Origin: an uncultured Christensenellaceae bacterium
GTDB taxonomy: Bacteria; Bacillota; Clostridia; Christensenellales; SZUA-584
Assembly (NCBI GenBank): GCA_964586785.1
Contig: CAZPHS010000004.1
Span: 37,305-101,304 of the forward strand
Direction: 5' to 3'
Length of the DNA stretch: 64,000 nucleotides
Each line of letters opens with the position of its first letter. Position 1 is the stretch's first letter. Made by a program: the position numbers and the translations under genes. Under the pieces are notes generated by a model. That model ran no database searches. It had not been told where the DNA came from and was given only the letters and a program-made list of their open reading frames with translations. Below, piece by piece: positions 28,455 through 40,600 of the stretch.

Positions 28455-28629
28455 TTTACCGCCCTCTTTTCGGTCATTTTTAAACATCATATATTATTAT
28501 AAGCTAAATTGATACCTAAATAAAGCTATCATATTACAAGCGCTTAAATTGCCGTATTTTCGCCCCTGATTTACCGGCTTGCCCTGTTTAAACCGTATGC
28601 CGCTCTTTTAGCCGCAAAATACCTATAAA

Positions 28630-28655
28630 CCCCGCTTTCAATAACGAATGCGGGG
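28630..28655 (-). terminator. hairpin downstream of ilvB
   Basis: CCCCGC - 14 nt - GCGGGG with T-rich flanks on both strands. Confidence 0.5.
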
Positions 28656-28694
28656 TTTTTATAATTTCAAATCAACAACTCAAAAAATACAATT

Positions 28695-30350
28695 CTAAGA
28701 CAAACTCATCACTATTTTATCAATCGACGCGCCGGGCGCAACCATAGGCAGCACCATCTCGTCCTGGTTGATAACGCAATGTATAAGCGACGGCTCTTTC
28801 TTTTCCAGCGCGTTGCACAGCGCTTGCTTGAATTCGCCGGCATCAGCGGCCTTTTGCGCGAAATACCCGAAACCTTCCGCAATAGCACAGAAATTAAGCG
28901 GCGGCAGGGTGGTTTCGGAATGACGTTTATCAAAGAAAAGCGTCTGCCACTGCCGCACCATGCCAAGCGCGTTGTTATCGAGCAGTATGGTGACGACAGG
29001 CAGGTTATAGCGCATCGTCGTCGCCATTTCATTTAAGTTCATACGGAAGCAGCCGTCCCCCGTTATATGCAGCACGCGCTTGCCGGGCTCGGCAATCTGC
29101 GCGCCTATAGCCGCGCCAAGACCGTAGCCCATGGTTCCAAGCCCGCCGGACGTTATATATTTGTCGCGCTTTTTGAACGGATAGTACTGCGCTGTCCACA
29201 TCTGATGCTGCCCGACGTCGGTAGCTATTATCACATCGCCTTTAACGCACTCGCTTATCGTGCGCATAATGTTCATAGGCAGGTGCTTGCCGGGGATATG
29301 CGATTCGTTTTCCTTTTTCCACTCGCTTATGCTTTGCGCCCACTGCGTATGTTTCTTTTGGGGCATTTCTTTGGTTATGCGGGAAAGAGCGGATTTAATA
29401 TCTTGTATGATGCTTACATGAACAGGTATGTTTTTGTTGACTTCCGACGCGTCAATATCAATATGAACAATCTTTGCGTGCGCGGCGAATTGGCTTGGGT
29501 CTCCCGTCACCCTGTCGGAGAAACGCGCGCCCAGAACAATAAGCAAATCGCAGTTTTGCAGCGCCATATTGCTGGCCTTCGTGCCGTGCATACCTACAAG
29601 ACCCGTATATAACGGGTGATTTACCGGAAACGTGCCTACGCCCATAAGCGTACACGCGACAGGCGCGTCAATACGCTCCGCAAGATTATAAAGCTCGTCC
29701 GCCGCGCCCGATATAACCACACCTCCGCCGGAGAGTATCGCGGGACGCCGCGCGTTTTGCACCAGCTCCTTTATGCTCTCAAGCGGTATGTCCGAAAGCC
29801 TGCATTGTATGTTAAGCTTGCTTTCCGGCGGTGTGTATTCACACGTCTTGGTAAACGTATCGCTTGTTATATCAATCAAAACAGGCCCGGGACGCCCGCT
29901 TTTCGCAAAAGCGAACGCTTCCCGAAACACATCCGATATCCTTGTTATATCCTTAATCTGATAGTTATGCTTTGTTATGGGCATTGAAACGCCCATAATA
30001 TCAACTTCCTGAAAGCTGTCTGTTCCAAGAAGGTTCGCGGGCACGTTGCCGGTGATAGCCACAATGGGCACAGAATCCATATAGGCCGTCGCGAGCCCCG
30101 TCACAAGGTTTGTCGCTCCGGGACCCGAAGTCGCTATAACAACGCCTACCTTGCCGGTTACGCGCGCATACCCGTCGGCGGCGTGCGTCGCGCCCTGTTC
30201 GTGCGCGGTCTCTATATGCCTTATATTATCGCGTTCGTCATAAAGAGCGTCATAAAGCTTTATTACCTTGCCTCCGGGATAACCGAAAACTATATCAACG
30301 CCTTCCCTTTTAAGACACTCCATAATAATTTGTACGCCGGTTAATTGCAT
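28695..30350 (-). CDS. ilvB: acetolactate synthase large subunit
   Basis: ThDP enzyme with N-terminus GVDIVFGYPGG and ThDP motif GDGCFRMN...NN. Start at the MQLTG Met. Confidence 0.9.
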   Translation of the reverse strand: MQLTGVQIIMECLKREGVDIVFGYPGGKVIKLYDALYDERDNIRHIETAHEQGATHAADGYARVTGKVGVVIATSGPGATNLVTGLATAYMDSVPIVAITGNVPANLLGTDSFQEVDIMGVSMPITKHNYQIKDITRISDVFREAFAFAKSGRPGPVLIDITSDTFTKTCEYTPPESKLNIQCRLSDIPLESIKELVQNARRPAILSGGGVVISGAADELYNLAERIDAPVACTLMGVGTFPVNHPLYTGLVGMHGTKASNMALQNCDLLIVLGARFSDRVTGDPSQFAAHAKIVHIDIDASEVNKNIPVHVSIIQDIKSALSRITKEMPQKKHTQWAQSISEWKKENESHIPGKHLPMNIMRTISECVKGDVIIATDVGQHQMWTAQYYPFKKRDKYITSGGLGTMGYGLGAAIGAQIAEPGKRVLHITGDGCFRMNLNEMATTMRYNLPVVTILLDNNALGMVRQWQTLFFDKRHSETTLPPLNFCAIAEGFGYFAQKAADAGEFKQALCNALEKKEPSLIHCVINQDEMVLPMVAPGASIDKIVMSLS

Positions 30351-30360
30351 ATAAACCCCC

Positions 30361-32022
30361 TTAATTGAGCACGGCGCCTTTATCCGCCGAGGACACGAGC
30401 CGCGCATACCTTGACAGCCAGCCGCTTTTTACGCGAAGCTCCCTTTCGGGGAGAGCCGAAAGCCGTTTTTGTATTTCCTCCCGTTCAACGACAAGCGTCA
30501 AACTCCTGTTAGGTATATCAATGCTTATTATATCTCCCTCATTGATAACCGCTATAACGCCGCCCGCCTGCGCCTCGGGCGATACATGCCCTATGGCGGC
30601 GCCTCTCGTTGCCCCGCTAAAGCGCCCGTCGGTGATAAGCGCAACGGTTTTGTCCATACCCATACCCGCGAGGGCGGAAGTGGGAGAAAGCATTTCACGC
30701 ATTCCGGGTCCTCCCGACGGCCCCTCATATCGTATAACAACAACGTCGCCGTCGTTTATTTTTTTAGCGTAAATTGCTTTTATTGCATCATCTTCGCTGT
30801 CGAACACCCTTGCCGGACCTTTATGCACCATCATCTCCGGCGCGACCGCCGATTGCTTTACAACGCTTCCGTCCGGCGCTATGTTGCCGCGCAGAACGGC
30901 TATACCGCCTTCGCGCGAGAAAGGATCGCCAACGCTGCGTATAATTGTGCCGTCAAGTATATGGGCGCCTTTTATGGCCTCGCCTATCGTTGTTCCGGCG
31001 ACGCATTTCGCGCTGCCGTCGAACAGCCCGTTTTTATAAAGTTCGTTAAGAACGGCGTATACGCCGCCCGCGCTGTCAAGGTCTGACATATGTACGCGGC
31101 TTGCCGGAGCCAGCTTGCATATATTCGGTGTGCGCTTGCTGACCTTATCGGCTAAATCAAGGCTTAGCGCAATTCCGCATTCATTCGCTATTGCGGGCAG
31201 ATGCAGCATTGAGTTGGTGGAACAGCCTAACGCCATATCTAGCGCAAGCGCGTTCTCGAAAGCGGTCTGCGTCATTATATCCAACGGGCGCAGATTGATA
31301 TCCAGTATTTTCATAAGCTGCATACCCGCCCTTTTCGCGAGGCTTATGCGCGCTCCCGATACCGCCGCTATGGTGCCGTTGCCTCTAAGCGCCATGCCTA
31401 TCGCCTCGCACAGGCAGTTCATGCTGTTGGCAGTAAACATACCCGCGCACGAACCGCAGCCCGGGCACACGCTTTTCTCCAGTTTGAAAAGATTTCCCTC
31501 GGTCATTTTACCCGCGCTTAAAGCGCCCACGGCTTCAAAAACCTGCGTTAAGCTTGCGTCGCCGCCGTCAAGGTCTCTACCCGGAAGCATAGGCCCTCCG
31601 CTTACAAAAATAGACGGGCGGTTTAATCTTGCCGCGGCCATAAGCATACCGGGAACTATTTTGTCACAATTGGGAACAAACGCCACCGCGTCGAAGCCGT
31701 GGGCGCTTACCATCGATTCTATCGAGTCGGCTATAAGTTCGCGCGACGCGAGCGAATAACGCATACCCTCGTGCCCCATCGCTATTCCGTCGCAAACGCC
31801 TATGCTTGGTATCGTAACGGGCGTGCCGCCGGCCATCCTTATGCCGTCCGCCACCGCGCGCGCAATAGTGTCAAGATGTATATGTCCCGGCACTATATCG
31901 CTTTTCGCGTTTACTATAGCAACAAGAGGGCGTTCAAGCTCCTCTTTGGTATATCCCATAGAATAAAATAACGACCTGTGCGGCGCTCTGTCCGCACCCT
32001 TTTTTACGCTGTCGCTTATCAT
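30361..32022 (-). CDS. ilvD: dihydroxy-acid dehydratase
   Basis: 553 aa with [14 protein letters not shown] and ITDGRFSG motifs. Confidence 0.95.
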   Translation of the reverse strand: MISDSVKKGADRAPHRSLFYSMGYTKEELERPLVAIVNAKSDIVPGHIHLDTIARAVADGIRMAGGTPVTIPSIGVCDGIAMGHEGMRYSLASRELIADSIESMVSAHGFDAVAFVPNCDKIVPGMLMAAARLNRPSIFVSGGPMLPGRDLDGGDASLTQVFEAVGALSAGKMTEGNLFKLEKSVCPGCGSCAGMFTANSMNCLCEAIGMALRGNGTIAAVSGARISLAKRAGMQLMKILDINLRPLDIMTQTAFENALALDMALGCSTNSMLHLPAIANECGIALSLDLADKVSKRTPNICKLAPASRVHMSDLDSAGGVYAVLNELYKNGLFDGSAKCVAGTTIGEAIKGAHILDGTIIRSVGDPFSREGGIAVLRGNIAPDGSVVKQSAVAPEMMVHKGPARVFDSEDDAIKAIYAKKINDGDVVVIRYEGPSGGPGMREMLSPTSALAGMGMDKTVALITDGRFSGATRGAAIGHVSPEAQAGGVIAVINEGDIISIDIPNRSLTLVVEREEIQKRLSALPERELRVKSGWLSRYARLVSSADKGAVLN

Positions 32023-32052
32023 GCGTTTACACCTCCAAAATTTTTGCCGGCC

Positions 32053-33642
32053 TTAAGCGTTTATACCTTCGCTTTTAGCTCTTGTTCCGTTGTTTATAAG
32101 CACATGGTCTATAGAGTCTATAAGCGCTAAAAGGCTTGCTTCTATAACGTCTGTGGAAACGCCCATTGTACGCCAGTAAGAACTCCCGTCGCTCGATTCT
32201 ATAACCACGCGAACCTTAGCCGCCGTAGCCGCGTCGGTATTGAGCACGCGCACTTTATAGTCGGTCAGCGTCACTTCTTTTAAAGCGGGGAAGAAGACGC
32301 CGAGCGCCTCTCTTAACGCTTTATCAAGCGCGTTGACGGGACCGTTTCCTTCCGCGGCCGCCATGCGCGTTTCTCCGTCCACATGCACCTTAACAACGGC
32401 GTACGCCCCGAATGTATTCTCATGGGTCGGCTCGTCGCTGACTTTAAAGTGCACAAGCGAAAACTTTGGCTTGCGCAGCCCAAGCTCCTTTAATACAAAC
32501 AATTTAAAACTGGATTCGGCGCCTTCGTAACTTAAGCCCTCGCTTTCAAGCTCTTTTAGCGTCGCCATCATTTTCCCGACACGCTGTTTATCCGCCGCAA
32601 GCTCCGGAAACTCCTCTTTAAGCTTCTCCGCCAGAGCGCTTTTGCCCGCGACCTCCGAAATAAGATACTCCCGGCTGTTGCCTACAACGGACGGGTCTAT
32701 ATGCTCAAAAGAACCGGCGGCTTTGCGCAGCCCGTCTATATGCATACCGCCCTTGTGCGCGAAAGCGTTGCGTCCCACATACGGCAGCGTTTCATCAAAA
32801 GCGAGATTCGTTATCTCAGCCGCCTCACGCGAAACCGAATAAAGCCTTTTTATATTATCGCCTATACAGTCGCAGCCAAGCTTTAACTGAAGGTTTGGTA
32901 TTATTGATGATAAACGCGCGTTTCCGCAGCGTTCGCCGTATCCTAAAAGCGTACCCTGTACATGATCTGCGCCCAGCCTCACGCTGATTATTGTGTTGGC
33001 GACAGCCAGTTCCGTGTCGTTATGAACGTGTATGCCGAGTTTTTTATCGACGGCATCTAAAGACGCTTTTACCGCAATTTCCACCTCGTGCGGCATAGCC
33101 CCGCCGTTGGTCTCGCACAGCACTATGGTATCCGCGCCCGCCCGGCAAGCGGTTTTTAACACCTCAAGCGCATATTTTGGGTTTGCTTTATATCCGTCAA
33201 AAAAATGCTCCGCGTCAAAAATAACCTCTTTGCCTTTTTCTTTTAAATATTTGAGCGTATCAAAAATCATGCTCAAATTCTCTTCGAGCGTCGTGCCTAA
33301 AACCTCCGTCGCGTGAAGGTCCCACGCTTTGCCGAAAACGGCGACCGCTTCTGTTCCCGCGTCCATAAGGGCGCGCACGCCCGCGTCCAGTGTCACGTCC
33401 GCGTTTTTACGCCTGGTGCTGCCAAAGGCGGTAAGCCTTGCGTGTTTCAGCGGAACTTTAACCGCTTCCTCAAAGAACCGGCGCTCTTTTGGATTAGAGG
33501 CGGGATTGCCCGCCTCAATATAATCAATTCCAAGTCCGTCCAGCAGCGTCAGCATCTTTAATTTGTCGGTAAGCGAATAATTGATGCCCCGTGCCTGCGC
33601 GCCGTCGCGCAGCGACGAATCAAAAATCTCAATCTTTCTCAT
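32053..33642 (-). CDS. cimA: citramalate synthase (LeuA/CimA family)
   Basis: 529 aa with N-terminal DSSLRDGAQ of the HMGL-like barrel and a C-terminal LeuA-dimer-type regulatory domain. Length and N-terminus fit the CimA subgroup better than LeuA. Confidence 0.7.
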   Translation of the reverse strand: MRKIEIFDSSLRDGAQARGINYSLTDKLKMLTLLDGLGIDYIEAGNPASNPKERRFFEEAVKVPLKHARLTAFGSTRRKNADVTLDAGVRALMDAGTEAVAVFGKAWDLHATEVLGTTLEENLSMIFDTLKYLKEKGKEVIFDAEHFFDGYKANPKYALEVLKTACRAGADTIVLCETNGGAMPHEVEIAVKASLDAVDKKLGIHVHNDTELAVANTIISVRLGADHVQGTLLGYGERCGNARLSSIIPNLQLKLGCDCIGDNIKRLYSVSREAAEITNLAFDETLPYVGRNAFAHKGGMHIDGLRKAAGSFEHIDPSVVGNSREYLISEVAGKSALAEKLKEEFPELAADKQRVGKMMATLKELESEGLSYEGAESSFKLFVLKELGLRKPKFSLVHFKVSDEPTHENTFGAYAVVKVHVDGETRMAAAEGNGPVNALDKALREALGVFFPALKEVTLTDYKVRVLNTDAATAAKVRVVIESSDGSSYWRTMGVSTDVIEASLLALIDSIDHVLINNGTRAKSEGINA

Positions 33643-33669
33643 TTTGACTCCGTTTTTTAAAAAAACTTT

Positions 33670-34671
33670 TTAATATTCGGGCTCTTCCTGCCATGGCATC
33701 ATTTTACGCAACTCTTTGCCCACTTTCTCTACAAGCAAATTCTGCTCTATGCGGCGCCTTGCGGAAAACGCGGGGCGTCCCGCCTTGTTTTCGGCAATCC
33801 AGCGGCTCGCAAATTCGCCCTCCTGTACCTCCCGCAGCACCTTTTTCATCTCTTTTCTTGTTTCGTCGGTTATTATACGGCGGCCTACAGTATAATCGCC
33901 GTATTCCGCGGTATCGCTTATAGAATAGCGCATGTATGAAAGCCCGCCTTTGTTTACCATGTCTATAATAAGCTTCATTTCGTGCAGACACTCAAAGTAC
34001 GCGCTTTCGGGTTCGTAACCGGCTTCCACGAGCGTGTCAAAGCCCGCCTTCATAAGCTCGCATACGCCGCCGCAAAGCACCGCCTGCTCGCCGAATAAAT
34101 CGGTTTCCGTTTCCTCGCGGAACGTGGTGGCAAGTATACCCGCTCTCGCGCCGCCTATGGCTTCGGCATATGCAAGGCCGACCTGCAATGTATCTCCGGC
34201 GGGGTCCTGCTCAACCGCTATAAGGCACGGGACTCCCTTACCCGCCTGGTATTCGGAACGCACGGTGTGTCCGGGGCCTTTAGGCGCAACCATGAACACC
34301 CCGACACCCGCCGGCGGTTTGATTTGTCCGTAGTGAATATTAAACCCGTGGGCGAACATTAAATAATTGCCCGGCTTAAGATTTGGCTTTATTGACCGCT
34401 CGTAAATAACGGGCTGCAAATCGTCGGGAACCAAAATTACAATAACATCCGCCTGCTTTGAAGCCTCGTCCGCCGTCGTAACCTTAAGGCCCGCTTCCTG
34501 CGCTCTCGCCCACGCTTTAGAGCCCTCAGCCTCGGCGACAATAACCTTCATGCCCGATTCTTTCAGGTTAAGCGCGTGCGCGTGCCCCTGGCTGCCGTAT
34601 CCGATAATCGCTATAGTCTTATCGGCCAGGTACTTTTTGTCACAATCCGATTGATAATATAACTTTGCCAT
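33670..34671 (-). CDS. ilvC: ketol-acid reductoisomerase
   Basis: 333 aa with [13 protein letters not shown] Rossmann motif. Confidence 0.95.
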   Translation of the reverse strand: MAKLYYQSDCDKKYLADKTIAIIGYGSQGHAHALNLKESGMKVIVAEAEGSKAWARAQEAGLKVTTADEASKQADVIVILVPDDLQPVIYERSIKPNLKPGNYLMFAHGFNIHYGQIKPPAGVGVFMVAPKGPGHTVRSEYQAGKGVPCLIAVEQDPAGDTLQVGLAYAEAIGGARAGILATTFREETETDLFGEQAVLCGGVCELMKAGFDTLVEAGYEPESAYFECLHEMKLIIDMVNKGGLSYMRYSISDTAEYGDYTVGRRIITDETRKEMKKVLREVQEGEFASRWIAENKAGRPAFSARRRIEQNLLVEKVGKELRKMMPWQEEPEY

Positions 34672-34712
34672 TTTCTATTTCTCCTTAGATTTATAAATTA
34701 ATACTTCCGTAT

Positions 34713-35237
34713 TTAAATCTTTTGCATAGCCGCCTTGCGGCTGTTGTAAAGCTGCGCGTCGCCGCTTTCAAGAGCAACCATTCCCGTGCGGGCAAGCTCT
34801 ATTATGTAATACTTTTTAAGCATTGCCACGCTTTCGTTTATATGGTCTATGCGGCCGGTCAGCTGAACGGTTACGGATTCTTCGCCTATATCGAGCACTA
34901 CTCCCTTGCATTTTTCGATATCTTTCATAAGCTCTTTTTTGGCGGCGCCCCTCGTGCCGATTTTGATAAGCGCGATTTCCCTGAAAATACCGCCGTCCGC
35001 CGGAATTTCTTTTATGGCTTTAACGTCAAGCAGCTTGTCAAACTGTTTGACGACCTGCTCTATTACCGAATCATCGGCATACATAACTATTGTTATTCTT
35101 GAAAGCGCCGTATTGCTCGTGACGCCAACCGTTAAACTCTCAATATTAAAGCCCCGCCGGCTTATAACTCCGGATACCCGCGAAAGCACCCCCGGCTGAT
35201 TTGAAACGATAAATGAAATAACGCGCTCCTGCTGCAT
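34713..35237 (-). CDS. ilvN: acetolactate synthase small (regulatory) subunit
   Basis: 174 aa with N-terminal ACT domain (ISFIVSNQPGVLSRVSGVISRRGFNIESL). Confidence 0.85.
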   Translation of the reverse strand: MQQERVISFIVSNQPGVLSRVSGVISRRGFNIESLTVGVTSNTALSRITIVMYADDSVIEQVVKQFDKLLDVKAIKEIPADGGIFREIALIKIGTRGAAKKELMKDIEKCKGVVLDIGEESVTVQLTGRIDHINESVAMLKKYYIIELARTGMVALESGDAQLYNSRKAAMQKI

Positions 35238-35284
35238 AATGCTCTATCCTTTCTGCGCTTTGTTTTGTTAAAGCCTGCCAATAT

Positions 35285-35550
35285 AAAAAAGCCGCATACT
35301 CCTTCGAATAAAATGAAGAGACGCAGCTGTTTCTTACAACTTCGCGGTACCACTCAACTTGTCTTTTTGCAAAGACCGCTTTAAGGCTCTGTCAAGCCCA
35401 TCATCTTTAACGGAATTACCCGGCCATGTCTACTTTGTTCGACACGCGGCTCCGGAGGGATTCGCATGATACCGCGCCGCCGGCTCGCACCAACCGCAGG
35501 CTCTCTTAAAGCGCTTTGTACCCCGCCTGTCTCCATCTGCACCTTTATTA
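35285..35550 (-). promoter_or_regulatory. T-box riboswitch leader of the ilv operon
   Basis: Minus strand carries AGAGAG (35501-35506), distal-loop GGUUGGUG (35488-35495), T-box AAGUUGAGUGGUACCGCGAA (35341-35360) and a terminator GCUGCGUCUCUUC-loop-GAAGGAGUAUGCGGC plus U6 (35285-35327). Confidence 0.85.
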
Positions 35551-35556
35551 CACCCG

Positions 35557-35585
35557 ATATTAACAAACTAAATCGGCTTTGTCAA
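35557..35585 (-). promoter_or_regulatory. sigma-A-type promoter of the ilv leader
   Basis: TTGACA - 17 nt - TAATAT on the minus strand. Confidence 0.6.
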
Positions 35586-35613
35586 CAAAATAATTGCAAT
35601 ATACATACAATTG

Positions 35614-37308
35614 TCACAATAACGTATCGAAAAACCCCCGCAGGCATTCTATCTGTTTTTTTGCCGTCCGCTCTTTCGGCGCGCAGGACGCGATATAAAT
35701 TTTTATTTTCGGTTCCGTACCCGACGGACGCACGCATACCCACGCGCCGCCCTTAAGTATATATTTTATAGCGTTTGTCCGGGGCATATCAATCTGAGTT
35801 TTTGTGCCGTCGGCGGCAATACTTATGCCGCTTTGATAGTCCTCTTTATAAGCGACGCTTATCCCGCCTATGCTTTCATAATTTTTTTCCCTTAGAGCGG
35901 ACATAATAGAAAGCATTTTCTCCATTCCGTCTATGCCCGCGAATTCGACGTTTTTTACTTCCTCCAAATAATAACCGTAACGGGCGTATAGCTCATCGAG
36001 CACTTCAAGCAGCCCCTTGCCCTTATCTTTATAATGCTGCGCCGCCTTGCAAAATAAAAGCGAGGCTAAAACGCCGTCCTTATCGCGCGAACCGTTCCCC
36101 GCGAGAAAGCCGCAGCTTTCCTCAAAGCCGAAAACAAACTCGTTTTCCGTCCCTTCGCTGCGGGCTATAAGCTCTGAAATAAATCGAAAGCCGGTTAAAA
36201 CCGTATGACATTTAACGCCGTAATCCCGCGCTATGGCGTCCGCAAGGTTAGACGAAACAAAAGATTTCACAATAAAATCCGTAGGCAGCAAACGCTTACG
36301 CCGTTTTCTTTCTTCCAGCAGATACGCTATAAGAATGCATCCTATGCTATTGCCCGTCAGCATACGGTATTCCCCGCTGTTTTCGCGCACAGCCGCGCCC
36401 ATTCTGTCCGCGTCGGGGTCGGTGCCTATAACTATATCGGCCTTTATATTTTTCGCCAATTCGACGGCCATCCGCATTGCCAACGCATCCTCGGGGTTGG
36501 GCGATTTTACCGTGGGGAAATCGCCGTCCGGCTCGCTCTGCTCTGAAACGATATGAAGGTTTCGTATGCCCGCGGCGGGCAGAACCCTTTTAACCAAGCG
36601 CAGCCCCGAACCGTGAAGCGGGGTGTACACCACCTTTAAGTCTGCCGCTTCATCGCTTCCGCACAGCAAGATTAGGTTCTCGCAATAGCTCGCGTCCACC
36701 TCTTCGCCTATTTCCTCTATAATCCCCTTTGCTACGCCGTCCTCAAACGCCATACGCTTTATTCCGCTAAAAACGTTTGCCGATTGTATGTGCTCCATAA
36801 CCTTAAGGCTGTCTTGAGGGTTAAGCTGGCCGCCGTATGCGGCGTAAACCTTATAGCCGTTGTAATCCTTGGGGTTGTGGCTTGCCGTTATAACAACGCC
36901 GCCGGAAGCCTTAAGATGCCTCACCGCAAAAGAAAGCTCCGGCACGCCGGTAAGCTCTTTAAATATATACGTTTTTATACCGTTCCCCGCGAATATACAC
37001 GCGGCTTCTTTGGCAAATTCCCTCGAGTAATTGCGGGAATCATACGCTATAACCATGCCTCCCCGCTCTTTTCCCCGCGACTTTAAAAACTGCGCGAGCC
37101 CCTGCGTCGCCCTGCCCACCGTATAGCGGTTCATTCGTGTTGTGCCCGCTCCTATCAAACCGCGCAGCCCCGCCGTACCGAAAGGCATATCCTGCAAAAA
37201 GCGCTCTTTTATCTGCGCGTCGTCGTCTTTAATGCTGTTTAATTCGTCACGCAAATCATCTCCCCGCGCCATATCCAGCCATTCTTTGTATGTTTCCCTG
37301 TAAGACAT
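35614..37308 (-). CDS. pgcA: alpha-phosphoglucomutase/phosphomannomutase family protein
   Basis: Phosphoserine loop TASHNPKDYNGYKVY and metal-binding GTDPDADR. Start at the MSYRE Met. Confidence 0.85.
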   Translation of the reverse strand: MSYRETYKEWLDMARGDDLRDELNSIKDDDAQIKERFLQDMPFGTAGLRGLIGAGTTRMNRYTVGRATQGLAQFLKSRGKERGGMVIAYDSRNYSREFAKEAACIFAGNGIKTYIFKELTGVPELSFAVRHLKASGGVVITASHNPKDYNGYKVYAAYGGQLNPQDSLKVMEHIQSANVFSGIKRMAFEDGVAKGIIEEIGEEVDASYCENLILLCGSDEAADLKVVYTPLHGSGLRLVKRVLPAAGIRNLHIVSEQSEPDGDFPTVKSPNPEDALAMRMAVELAKNIKADIVIGTDPDADRMGAAVRENSGEYRMLTGNSIGCILIAYLLEERKRRKRLLPTDFIVKSFVSSNLADAIARDYGVKCHTVLTGFRFISELIARSEGTENEFVFGFEESCGFLAGNGSRDKDGVLASLLFCKAAQHYKDKGKGLLEVLDELYARYGYYLEEVKNVEFAGIDGMEKMLSIMSALREKNYESIGGISVAYKEDYQSGISIAADGTKTQIDMPRTNAIKYILKGGAWVCVRPSGTEPKIKIYIASCAPKERTAKKQIECLRGFFDTLL

Positions 37309-37643
37309 AAATACTCCTATCAATTAATCTCTATTGTATTTTCTGCCACAATTTCGCGTATCCGTCAAGCGTTATTATTTATATTTATATTTTACGAGCG
37401 CTTAAGCCCCGCAAAAACAATACCGCGTTGTGCTTAAATTAAGTATACACCATTTTATTTATACCCTTTTTTTTGGTGACTAATAAGCGTACTGCACTGT
37501 TATTTTGTTTTGAGAGGAATATTGCTTATCTGTATATGTCAAAATATTATAACATATTTACAGTATATACTTGCACTAATATATTTTTATGTATATAATC
37601 TCATTGTTGTACAAATTACCAATTTAATTTCCGGAGGAGAAAA

Positions 37644-40600
37644 ATGAATAAGAAAATTATATCCGCACTCCTTATTATAGTCACAATAGTATTACTGCTC
37701 CCGATAGGCGCCTTTGCGCATACGCAAACCGAACAGCGCAGAACGGGATTAGTCGCGCCGTCGGAGCGCGCGCGGGAGCTGTTTGAGGAACACGCTACGG
37801 CGATTGGTAAAATACTGCCGAACAGCGAGGGCTTGGCGCGCATAAACCAAGCGAGAGCCGAGAAAGGATTTTCGCCTTTTTCTTCCGCTTATGCCGCGGC
37901 AGACGGCGATGAGTTTATAAGCGCCGACGCTGCCGGAAAAGAAAATAATAAGTATTTAACTATTCTTGATAATTACAGCGAAATTCTCGGTTCTCTGCCG
38001 GCCGCCGTGGATTTGAGCCAAACCAATTATTTTCCCGCCGTGGGCGACCAGGGGTATATAGGCTCCTGCGCAAGTTTCGCGACGACATACTATGCCGCGA
38101 CATATCAAACGGCAAGGAAGCGCGGTATAAATTTGCGTGAGAACCCGGGCAGTATATTGTCTCCCAAGTTCAGCTATAACCTTAACAATAACGGCGAAGA
38201 TATGGGTTCGTCAATATACGATAACCTGATATCATTGCATTGCCTCGGTTCTCCTTTTGTTGACGAAACATCTATGCAAAGCTATCAGTATAACGGATAC
38301 GATTTTTCCTCGGGAACCACCGTAAAACCGGTTCAGTACCGCGAATATCCGCAGACCGCCGCAATATACAACGACGCGCTGAAAAACCTCGCGTATGACG
38401 TCGACTATATGGAATATGAAGACACCGAAGAAGCGCTTGAGCTTATACGGCAGGCGATAACCAACGGCACCGTTCTTGTGTTCGGCACCGATTATATGTA
38501 CGACTGGAGGACGGACGATACGATACAGGATAATCCCGCGGCGTCGGCGGACGATGAGTATATAGGAGAGAGCGCCTGCAGCCGGATACTGATATCCAAC
38601 CCTGCCGATTACAGCCGCCACGCAATGACTATCGTTGGATATAACGATGATATATGGGTGGATATAAACGAAAACGGCGTGGTGGACAGCTTTGAAACAG
38701 GCGCTTTAAAAATAGCCAACTCATGGGGTACGGGATGGGGCAACGACGGCTACATATGGCTATGTTACAGCGCGCTTGAGAACATTGGCAGCGAATATAT
38801 AAACGGCTATTTTAACTTTGATTATAATACATTGTATTTTATTTCCGCCCAAAATGAATATACGCCCAAAGCGACGGCCGAGATAACAATAAACACAGTC
38901 AGGCGTAATCAGCTTTGGCTGTTCGGCGGCGTAAACTGGAACGAGGCCGCGGAGCCTTTATGTTATATTCCTAACTTTGTATTCTGTGGTTGGGGCGGCC
39001 CTTATTCCTTTGCCGGAACAAAAGTAGCAAGCACTGCAACGGTGGTTATCGATTTGACCGATTATATAGACTATATTAACGATGAGATAGAAGACGGCTT
39101 TGCCGACGCGGGCGGCAAAATGTCGCTCTGCGCCGGTGTTTTTGACGATGTAACCGGTTATCCCCAACGCGTTGACAGTGTTGTGTTTAAATCATACGAA
39201 AACGCCACGGCGTTGGACGCGATGCCTCAAACCGTAGACGCCGATTTTAAATGGTTCTGCGGTAAAGCAAAAATAAACAACAATAACCCTCCGGCGTATG
39301 ATAGCACTATTGAAAGGCTGCCGATAATGCCTCTTGACACAAACAAAAGCGCGTATACGTCCGGCAGCGGCAATCCCGCCGAATGGCGTTTTATTCCGTC
39401 CGTATCCGGCGTTTACCTTTTCAGCAATACAATATCCGCGTCCAATACGCTTGAGATACAAAACGCGTCGAGAAAACCGCTGTATGAGGATTGTGATTAT
39501 ATGTACGCGCCGCTCTACGCGGGCAAAACTTATATACTGCGCGCATGGAATGACGACGAAGGCCACGGGGTGTCATTCACCGCAAAAATTTCGCTGTGGG
39601 AGCAATGGCCCGGCTCCTCTTATTCCTCCAAGCTTAGCGGAATAAGCTTGTCAACCGGCGAAAGCATATCTCCTGCGTTTAATTCCAATGTCTTTGGTTA
39701 TTCGGCGAATATAAACGGCACCGGCACAACCTTGTCGGTAAGCCCCGTTCATGCCCAATCTTACGTACTAATCGGAGACAGGAACGTATTAAGCCGCGCG
39801 TATACAATAGACGGCGGCGCCTCAAAATCAATACGTATTGAAGTTACCTCTGCCGACTGGCTGAGCACGCAGATATACAATGTTAACATATCGGCACTGC
39901 CCAAATCGCCTAACGTTTCCATCACGTCCGGCTACAACAACGCAAAGCTGTCTTGGAACAAAGTTTCCGGCGCGGTGGGATACGAGATATATCGTTCAAA
40001 CTCCGGCGCGGGCACGTATACCAGAGTGGCGAACATAACAAAAGGCTCCACAACTTCCTGGACAAATTCCAGCCTTCTTACCGGAACAACGTATTATTAC
40101 AAAATGCGCGCCGTTTACAGCGGCGGCAAATACAGCGCGTATTCCGCCGTTCAGTCTGTAAAACCGATGATAGCCAACGCGGCGGGGCTTAAGGCCTCCG
40201 CCTCAAACTACAACAGCGTTAAGCTCTCATGGAGCGGCGTGTCGGGCGCAAGCGGATACGAAGTGCATCGCGGCACTTCCCCGTCGGGCGCGTACAAGCT
40301 GATAAAGTCCACCGGCTCTAAAAGCTTTACCGACACAAAGCTTGATACCGGCACGACTTACTATTATAAAATACGCGCGTACCGCACGGTAAGCGGCGGC
40401 AAAGTCTACAGCGGCTTTTCGGACGTTAAATCCGAAAAACCCGTGCTCGCTAAAACGGGCAGCCTTAAGGTTAAAGCGTCGGGTTACAATACCGCCAAGC
40501 TATCCTGGGGCAGCACAAAGGGCGCCACGGGGTACAACGTATACCGCTCCACATCCGAAGGCGGCGTATATACTAAAGTGGGTACAACGACTAAAAGAAG

